Source: an uncultured Victivallales bacterium (GTDB taxonomy: Bacteria; Verrucomicrobiota; Kiritimatiellia; UBA8416). From it: a stretch of 50,482 nucleotides of DNA. The notes beneath the pieces were generated by a model that worked only from the letters and a program-made list of their open reading frames with translations, did no database searches and was not told the origin of the DNA. This document shows, piece after piece, positions 26,040 to 33,245 of this stretch; the first letter of the stretch is position 1; the number at the start of each line of letters is the position of its first letter. Where the stretch lies: positions 1 to 50,482 of the forward strand of contig CAZGBW010000001.1 in NCBI GenBank assembly GCA_964523995.1, written 5' to 3'. Position numbers and translations under genes: made by a program.

Positions 26040-27578
26040 TCATTTCTTCAGCGCTTCGTAGATGCCCTGTGCGATCAGGTCCGCAAGGATCGCGTTGCCC
26101 CTGTCGTTGGCATGCACCCCGTCGCCGGTCAGCAGTCGGCCCTTGAAGGCCAGAGAACCGCCGATCTGCGGCTCCCACCCATGATTCTCGTAGTAGGCCA
26201 TGAACGCCCTGCGAAGATCCACGAGCGCCGTTCCGGTGTCGGCAGCAACCTTGCGGGTGATCTCCGCGTACTGGTCGCAGACGGCTTTGCGGTCGCCTGC
26301 GGTTTCATCCCAGATGGCCAGGGTCGCCAGCACCGGCACGGTGCGGTTCGCCCGAGCGGCTCCGATCATGTCCCGTAGCGCCTGTTCGAACGCTTCGGGA
26401 GACGTCTTCCGCCACCAGACGTCGTTGACGCCGATGAAGATCGTGGCCACATCCGCCTTGTCCGCGACGAGCGTCTCGGCGAAGGGCTTCGGTGAGGTGC
26501 TGCCGAAATGCGTCTTGGCCGTGTCGCCGTCACGGAGCGTCAGCACGCCGCCACCGTTGACACCGTGGTTGACCAGCCTGATCGCCATCCCTTTCGTGCC
26601 TTCGCCCTGCGCCAACGCACGATCAAGCAGGCCGATATAGACGTTCTGCCAGGTGAGCGAATCGCCGAAGAGCGAAATGACCATGCCATCCTTCAGAGGC
26701 GTACCTGTGCCGCTCAGGTTCGCACGGCCGGGCACCTCGTACAGCGATGCCCGCAGGGCGACAGCCTTCCCTGACAGGTCGAAGGGCGGATCGATGGGCG
26801 CGACCGGATCGCCCGGAACCAGTTCGCCGTCGTCCCTGAGAACAGCCTGGAAGAGCCCGGGAGCACGGTTTGATGGGTTGACAAATCCGATTTGCCGAAC
26901 CTGCCCGGGCGTGAGCCCGGCGCTTCCACCTGCCATGCGGATACGGTCCTCCCCCTCCGTCCAGTCCGCCAGCGCCAGTGTCCGTCCGGCAGTCCACTCC
27001 AGTCCTTGGCTGTCGTCGAAGCGCAGCTCAACCGCCTTGTTGCCCAACAGCAATCGGCGGTCGTACCGAAGATCCAGCGACCCGGCGGTCTCGGTGGCGC
27101 CGAACACCATCAACTCGTTGACGTGCTGACCAGGGTTCGCGCTGTTCTTCAGCATCGTGAGCCGGACGAAACGGGCGGGCACCGGATCGAAAAAGTGCTC
27201 GCTGCCTGCCGCCGTGGAGACGTCCGCGTTCGTACTGCTGTCGACAACACGCGTCCATCCCGCTCCGTCAGGCGAGGCATCGACCGCGTACTGGTAGCGC
27301 CGCACACCATCATGGAAAAGGTACACGCCTACACGGTTGATCGAGAAGGTCTCCTGCAGATCCACCTGCAGCCAGGACGGGGTCTTGCCGCTGTGCCACC
27401 CGGACTCGTTGGTCGGTACGCCATCGACCACCTTCGCCGGGAAGGCGGTGCCCTGCGTCTCGCCGTCGATGGTGACGGGCTTGTTCAACGCCAGGTTGGT
27501 TTCGCCCAGCGCGGCGAGGACCGGTAAGAATGACAGCCAGATGACCTGGGCCGCGTATCGTGTTCTCATGGTATTCAT
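26040..27578 (-). CDS. secreted F5/8 type C (discoidin) domain + SGNH/GDSL hydrolase (carbohydrate esterase-like)
   Basis: Signal peptide. WLQVDL..RYQYAVDASPDGAGW..NPGQHVNELMVFG. SGNH blocks FGDSLTW, HGVNGGG, FIGVNDVWW and GDGVHAN. The start overlaps the upstream stop (ATGA at 27575-27578). Confidence 0.85.
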   Translation of the reverse strand: MNTMRTRYAAQVIWLSFLPVLAALGETNLALNKPVTIDGETQGTAFPAKVVDGVPTNESGWHSGKTPSWLQVDLQETFSINRVGVYLFHDGVRRYQYAVDASPDGAGWTRVVDSSTNADVSTAAGSEHFFDPVPARFVRLTMLKNSANPGQHVNELMVFGATETAGSLDLRYDRRLLLGNKAVELRFDDSQGLEWTAGRTLALADWTEGEDRIRMAGGSAGLTPGQVRQIGFVNPSNRAPGLFQAVLRDDGELVPGDPVAPIDPPFDLSGKAVALRASLYEVPGRANLSGTGTPLKDGMVISLFGDSLTWQNVYIGLLDRALAQGEGTKGMAIRLVNHGVNGGGVLTLRDGDTAKTHFGSTSPKPFAETLVADKADVATIFIGVNDVWWRKTSPEAFEQALRDMIGAARANRTVPVLATLAIWDETAGDRKAVCDQYAEITRKVAADTGTALVDLRRAFMAYYENHGWEPQIGGSLAFKGRLLTGDGVHANDRGNAILADLIAQGIYEALKK

Positions 27579-29674
27579 GGTTGGAGCGCCTCGTAGATGC
27601 CCTGTGCGATCAGATTGGCGAGAAGGCCGTCCCCACGGGCGTTGCTATGCACACCGTCGTGATTCAGCCAATTGGCGTCCAAGGTCCAGCTCCCGCCGGG
27701 TCGGACGGTGACGGCCTCGTTTGCCAGGCAGGCCAGGAACGCCGCGCGCAGATCCACCAGCACCGTGCCGGTTTCGCGGGCCACGGCGCGCATGACGTCG
27801 GCATAGACATCGCAGTCCGGGTTCGGCTTGATCGGGGTATCCTTGAGAATCGCCAGTGTCGCCAGCACCGGGATCGTCTTGTTGGCTCTTGCCTGGGCCA
27901 CCAGCTCGCGCAGCATCTGGCCATACGCCTCAGGCGTGCTCTTCTTCCACCAGACGTCATTGACGCCGATGAAGATTACAGCCACATCCGCCTTGTCGGC
28001 GGCGATCGTCTGGGCAAAGGGTTCAGGCTTCGTGTTCCCGGAACGGTTCTTCGAATCCTGCCCGTCCCGGATTGCCTGCACACCGGCGCCATTGACGCCG
28101 TTGTTGACGACACGGACACCCAGAGCCTTCGAACCCGCTCCCGCCCGAATCCCTTGGTGGAGGGTACTCACCAATCCGCCGCCCCACGTGATGGAGTCGC
28201 CAAAGACGGAGATGACCATTCCTTGCTTGAGCGGCGTTTCGGCCCCCCCGAGCCGAGCCAGGCCCGGAACGGCGTACAACGCCCGGCGGGCCTCGTAGGC
28301 TTCGGTGGACATGTCGATGGGCAGATCGATCGGCTGCACCATCGTTCCGGTGGGGACAAGCTCACCCTGTGCACTGAGCGAGGCGGTATAGGTGCCTGGC
28401 CGTAACCCTGCGGGGTCGGAGAACCCGATCTGGGCCAGTTGAGCGGCAGTCAGGCCCTTGCTGCTGGTGCCGACATGGAGGGCACTGCGATCTTTTCCGC
28501 CGTTGCGGATAATCAGGGCGCAACCGGGTTTCCAGGCCTTGGTGCTGCTATCGGCAAAGACGAGCCGTCCGCCGGCGTCGCCCAGGTCGATAACCCCGTC
28601 GCTCTGCAGATCCAGCGCACCAACCGTTTCGGTGTGGCCGTGCAAGGCCAGGGTCGGGTTCGTGCCGGCGAAGGTCAACGGCGAGGCATCCGCAATCTGC
28701 TCATCCGAATCCCAACGCAGGGTGCCCAAAGCCGACAGTACAACCGGCCCTGCCACGGCGGTCACCCCGTCGGGCTTCGCCAACCGCGTGTCATCCTTGC
28801 CCCCCCCGAAGGTGGTGATTCCGGTGAGGGTGCTTGGCATGTCGCCCGAAATGGTGGTGCCGTGGTTGACGAAATGGACATTGCCTTCGCCCCGCAGGCG
28901 GGCTGACAAGCGGGTGGGGCACCCTCCGCCGTTGGTGATCTGCCACGTCACCCCTTTCTCGACAGTGACGGAGCCATCGAGGACGCAGTAGGTCTGGCCG
29001 GTCCAGCGGGAATCGGCGGCGATGACGAGATCCCGCGAGCAGTGGACCCGCGATCCGAGGTTAAGTTGCCCGCCCAGCAGGCGGACAGGCAACGGGCCCC
29101 CGCCCAGCGCGCCGTTGTTTCCCATCAGGAGCGAACCGCTCTCGAGGGTTACCGAGCCGACATATCCGGTGTTGACACCGGTCATGACGACCGTGCCGTC
29201 GGGCACACCACTGACGACCAGTTCGCCGTCACCGCGGATCGTCCCCGAAATCGAGAGACGCTCGGCTCCCAGGTACCAGCGGTTCTCGTTGCGGAACTCC
29301 ACGCGGCCAGCCAGGAGAATCGGGGCGGAAATGGACTGAGAACCATCCGTGCCTGGCCGGGTCAGCGGTTTGAAGACAACGCGCGCCCCGTCGCCCAGCC
29401 GCAGCGTCTCGCCTTCGATCACGCACACGTGCCGTGCCTGCGGATCGAAGGTGATGGTGCCTACGTCCGTCTCGCGGCTGAGGTGGATCGTGGCATTCGT
29501 GGCCAGATCGGCGATGATCGCGTGATCCCCCTTGCCGGGCACACCAGTGCCTGGGTTCCAGTTGGCCGGCGTGTGCCAGTCGCTATCCTTCGAGCCGGTC
29601 CATACGTAGTCGGCAGCCTGCGACAGTGTGGTGGAAACAAGCAACAGGGCGGTGATAATCGTGATCTGTGACAT
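27575..29674 (-). CDS. secreted autotransporter-associated beta-strand repeat protein with C-terminal SGNH/GDSL hydrolase domain
   Basis: ORF to 29884, with the start moved to ATG 29674 behind AAGGAGA. Signal peptide MSQITIITALLLVSTTLSQA. ADYVWTG.. beta-strand repeats. SGNH blocks FGDSITW, NGVNGAG, FIGVNDVWW and HDGVHSN. Confidence 0.85.
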   Translation of the reverse strand: MSQITIITALLLVSTTLSQAADYVWTGSKDSDWHTPANWNPGTGVPGKGDHAIIADLATNATIHLSRETDVGTITFDPQARHVCVIEGETLRLGDGARVVFKPLTRPGTDGSQSISAPILLAGRVEFRNENRWYLGAERLSISGTIRGDGELVVSGVPDGTVVMTGVNTGYVGSVTLESGSLLMGNNGALGGGPLPVRLLGGQLNLGSRVHCSRDLVIAADSRWTGQTYCVLDGSVTVEKGVTWQITNGGGCPTRLSARLRGEGNVHFVNHGTTISGDMPSTLTGITTFGGGKDDTRLAKPDGVTAVAGPVVLSALGTLRWDSDEQIADASPLTFAGTNPTLALHGHTETVGALDLQSDGVIDLGDAGGRLVFADSSTKAWKPGCALIIRNGGKDRSALHVGTSSKGLTAAQLAQIGFSDPAGLRPGTYTASLSAQGELVPTGTMVQPIDLPIDMSTEAYEARRALYAVPGLARLGGAETPLKQGMVISVFGDSITWGGGLVSTLHQGIRAGAGSKALGVRVVNNGVNGAGVQAIRDGQDSKNRSGNTKPEPFAQTIAADKADVAVIFIGVNDVWWKKSTPEAYGQMLRELVAQARANKTIPVLATLAILKDTPIKPNPDCDVYADVMRAVARETGTVLVDLRAAFLACLANEAVTVRPGGSWTLDANWLNHDGVHSNARGDGLLANLIAQGIYEALQP

Positions 29675-29706
29675 AGGGTTTCTCCTTGAATGTTCGGACT
29701 TCCGGG

Positions 29707-31929
29707 TTATTTCTTTTCGTAGACGCGAAACTCGACCAGATGAACGGGGTTGGCCTGGGGCCAGGCGCTGCCGCCCAGCATAGTGATCCGGGCGTAGCGC
29801 GCCGTCGTTGGTGTGAAGGTATGCGTTTCGCCCGCCGGGGTACTTGGCCGGGTGTTCGTGCTCATGTCGACAACCTGTGTCCACGTTTCGCCGTCGCGGG
29901 AGACTTCAACCGTGTAACGGTAGGAGCGGCCTCCGTCCCAGTAGGGGAACACGGATGCCATTCCCAGTTCGTACTCGCCCTGCAAGTCAACCTGCAGCCA
30001 TTGCGGCCCCGGGGCGGCCCACCACGCACGGTCCCTGAACACGGAGCCATCAACGGCGTGCCCGGGCTGGTTGTCCCCCTGCGTCCCGTCGGAACTGGTG
30101 ACGGGCTTGCCCGTGGTCAGGTTCTTCTCGAAGTTCACGTAGCGGAATGTCTTTGCGCTCACGTGCCCGATGCGAGTCCCGTCCGCACCGAACAGTGCCG
30201 CGCGGAGGTCCGTATCTGACTTGAAGGTCAGGGGGCTTTCATAGCGCTCCGAGGACGCGGCCGGCTCGCTGCCATCGACGGTATAGCGGATCGTCCCCTC
30301 CTTGACGATGCACTCCAGCGCCAGGGTCAGTTCCTGACCAAACGCATTGCCGGTCTCGGAGGGTGCGCTCGTCTTGAGGTCGATCAATCCCCGTGCCCGG
30401 ATATGGACCGGCGCGATCAGGCGGGACACCAGGGATTCCGTCACCGCGCGACGACGGACGAACGCTTCCTCCGCAAAGGTGTTGTCCGGCCCCCATGTGC
30501 GTTCCTGCCGGTCGGGAATGCGGGGCAGGTAACTGCTGATCAGTGCCTCGGCGCTCATCTCCCAGAACGGCACCATGGCTCCCAGCACCGTGTCCGTCCG
30601 CTTCAGGGTGTCGCCATTGCAGACATACATACTCCACTCCGGCCATGGTACACCATAGACCCAGGGCACCGTGATGACCGGAATGCCCTTGGCGACGAAC
30701 TTCGCAGCCGTCCGGTTCCGGTCAGCCCACGGCATGTGGATGATGTCGTCGGACGCATAGTTACCCGCGCCTTCCCAGATGATCGCCACTTTGCCACGCT
30801 TGCGAACCATATCGTTCAGGCTGCGCATAAAATGGTGGAACAGTTCGCTGCCGGCTTTGAGCCCGCGCTTCTCCATGAAATGCTTTGTGTCGGGCAGTTC
30901 AAGCAGTCTGCCCATCGTGGTCTCATCGCCGCCGATGTGGAAGTAAGGGGAGCTCTGGAAGAGGTCGCACACTTCCCCGATGATCGTGTCGAGCGCGGCA
31001 TACGTCTCCTCCTTGCCGATATGAATCATCGGCAAGTCGATCGGTTTCCCGTCGGCCCCGATCGAGGCGAACAGCTCCGGCATGGCCCGGCGCATGGCGG
31101 CGGAATGCCCCGGCAGGTCGATCTCGGGTACCAGCGTGATGCCGCGGGCCGCGGCGTAGGCGACCAGGGCCTTCAGGTCTTCCCGTGCGTAGACCGTCGG
31201 CGGAATCCCCCCGTGCGCCGCCGTGTTCTTCGTGCCCAGCAAGGGGTATGCGATGGACGGGAACGTCCAGCCTTGGTCGTCGGCGAGGTGCAGGTGCAGG
31301 TAGCGCACCTTGTACACGCGGCAGGCCTGGATCGTCTGCTCGATCGCGGACAGCGGGATTCGCTGGCGGCCAAGATCGACCATGACGCCCGTGAAGTCGG
31401 CGTGCGGCCAATCCTTGACGCGGAGCTTCGGCAGACGAACCGTTGCCCCTTGCGATTCGAGCAACTGGAGCAGCGTGGCGGTGCCTTCCGCAACGGCGCG
31501 GTAGTCGAAACCTTCCACCACGGCCTGCTGATCGACCACCACCGTATGGGCATAATCGCGTACCCGTGCGATCTTCTGATCCTGGACGGTCAGGATCTCG
31601 CCATCCGCCCGCAGCGAGGTGTTCACCTTCAGCACGATGTCTCCGTCAACCGCCGCTCCCGTGCCAGCCTGCAGGCGCAGGCCGGTGGCCAGGTGTATCT
31701 CGGCGCGCAGGATGTCTGCCAGTGGCTGAAGAGCAGGAGTAGCCGCCACGACGCGGCTTGCGGGGGTTAGCTCGAGAACGCCCTCCGCCTCGATCAGTGC
31801 CTTCGGACTCGGGATCAGGTTCAGCCCCGCGTACGACACCCCGGACGAGAGCAGCAGCACGGCGGTGGCCAGCCAGGTTGCAGGACGCATGATCGCCGGT
31901 GGAATTGGAAATACTCTACGGTTGCGCAT
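29707..31929 (-). CDS. secreted GH20 beta-N-acetylhexosaminidase with C-terminal F5/8 type C domain
   Basis: ORF to 31986, with the start moved to ATG 31929 behind GAGGGGAG. Paralogue of 3171..7046 (GLNLIPSPK, DYRAVAEGTATLLQLL, YLHLHLADDQGW, HIGGDET). C-terminal WLQVDL..SYRYTVEVSRDGETW. Confidence 0.9.
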   Translation of the reverse strand: MRNRRVFPIPPAIMRPATWLATAVLLLSSGVSYAGLNLIPSPKALIEAEGVLELTPASRVVAATPALQPLADILRAEIHLATGLRLQAGTGAAVDGDIVLKVNTSLRADGEILTVQDQKIARVRDYAHTVVVDQQAVVEGFDYRAVAEGTATLLQLLESQGATVRLPKLRVKDWPHADFTGVMVDLGRQRIPLSAIEQTIQACRVYKVRYLHLHLADDQGWTFPSIAYPLLGTKNTAAHGGIPPTVYAREDLKALVAYAAARGITLVPEIDLPGHSAAMRRAMPELFASIGADGKPIDLPMIHIGKEETYAALDTIIGEVCDLFQSSPYFHIGGDETTMGRLLELPDTKHFMEKRGLKAGSELFHHFMRSLNDMVRKRGKVAIIWEGAGNYASDDIIHMPWADRNRTAAKFVAKGIPVITVPWVYGVPWPEWSMYVCNGDTLKRTDTVLGAMVPFWEMSAEALISSYLPRIPDRQERTWGPDNTFAEEAFVRRRAVTESLVSRLIAPVHIRARGLIDLKTSAPSETGNAFGQELTLALECIVKEGTIRYTVDGSEPAASSERYESPLTFKSDTDLRAALFGADGTRIGHVSAKTFRYVNFEKNLTTGKPVTSSDGTQGDNQPGHAVDGSVFRDRAWWAAPGPQWLQVDLQGEYELGMASVFPYWDGGRSYRYTVEVSRDGETWTQVVDMSTNTRPSTPAGETHTFTPTTARYARITMLGGSAWPQANPVHLVEFRVYEKK

Positions 31930-32192
31930 AAGACTCCCCTCTGTAGGTCCCTGGGCACGGCAACAATACCGCATCGCCCGTAACACTGGATAAACATATC
32001 AAGCAGGACAAAAGATAGCAAGGCAATAATCAACAAATTCTTTAATATCTATTCTACTCATATATATTGCAATTCGCATTTTTTAATAAGCTTTATAGCC
32101 ATATCCCACCATTTAGCGTTATATCAATATTGATCAATCATAGCCAATTCATGCGATGCTTGCGGTCTCCGCGCCGCCACCCCGGACGCGCA

Positions 32193-33245
32193 TCATCCCG
32201 AGTAATGGCCCGCGTAACGCTCCATGGCATCCATCAGCGCACCGGCATTGGACAGAGGCACTCCGGGATACATGCCGTAGATCATCAATAATCCCCCGCG
32301 GCTGGACCCCAGTTTCTCGACCTCGGTCCGGATCAGGCGGTCGATCGCCACGGCCGTTCCGCGCGCGGTGATGTCCTGGCGGTCGATGTCGAGATCAATG
32401 CAGACGCGCCCGGCGAATCTCTGCGCGATCCAGTCGACGCCGTTCACCAGGTCCTGCAGGTTGATGACGTCCACCCCGCCTTCGACGAGGTCATCGGCCA
32501 GCGTGCGGATGTCCCCGTCGGAATGCATGTGGACGATGCAGCCACGGTCGCGCACCGGTTTCATCAGCCGGGTGTAGACGGGTTGGATAAAACGGCGGAA
32601 CAATTCCGGCGACAGCATCGGCCCGACCTGCATACCAAGGTCTTCCGGAAAGCTCATCAGGTCCGGCTCCAGTTCCATCCAGTGCCGCACGTACTGCTCG
32701 TTGAAGTCGGCAAGATGCTCAATGAGACGGAGCAGGCGCGGTTCCCCGTCCAGCATGTCGAAGAGCAGGTTCTCATAGCCCCGGATATCCTGGAGCCGCA
32801 GGAAGGTGTGGCCATGCGGCAGTCCACCCATCACGATCTGGCCCGCCGCCTTCTGCCTCTGCACCCGGCGATGCACATCCCCCCAGTCCACAGGGAAGGT
32901 CCCATCGGTCACGCCCGGATCCGGAATGCGGTAGCCCTCGAACGCCGCCCAGTCCGCCAGCGGATGCCCGTGCACGGAACCGGTGATCCCGTCCTCGCAG
33001 GTCTGCCAGACACACCCCCAGGAATCGGTGTACGGGGCATCCCGGAGCTGATTTGGCAGGTAGCTCGGCGTCACGGTCGCGCGCCGCGCAAAATTCGGGA
33101 ACAGGAACGGATGCGCTTCCATCAGGTCCTGCAAGGCGGTCTGGTCATAATGGTGCCAGCAGGCCCCGTTGATGTGGAAAGTCATCGGGATCCAATCCGG
33201 AGTTTCGAATCGGATTGCCCTCAGTGTGTTCTCTCGTGGTGTCAT
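32193..33245 (-). CDS. uroporphyrinogen decarboxylase (URO-D)-like family protein, function in this context unknown
   Basis: 350 aa. N-terminal RENTLRAIRFETPDWIPM and HMHSDGDIRTLADDLVEGGVDVINLQD resemble the URO-D/MtaA TIM-barrel family. The start overlaps the upstream stop (ATGA). Confidence 0.6.
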   Translation of the reverse strand: MTPRENTLRAIRFETPDWIPMTFHINGACWHHYDQTALQDLMEAHPFLFPNFARRATVTPSYLPNQLRDAPYTDSWGCVWQTCEDGITGSVHGHPLADWAAFEGYRIPDPGVTDGTFPVDWGDVHRRVQRQKAAGQIVMGGLPHGHTFLRLQDIRGYENLLFDMLDGEPRLLRLIEHLADFNEQYVRHWMELEPDLMSFPEDLGMQVGPMLSPELFRRFIQPVYTRLMKPVRDRGCIVHMHSDGDIRTLADDLVEGGVDVINLQDLVNGVDWIAQRFAGRVCIDLDIDRQDITARGTAVAIDRLIRTEVEKLGSSRGGLLMIYGMYPGVPLSNAGALMDAMERYAGHYSG

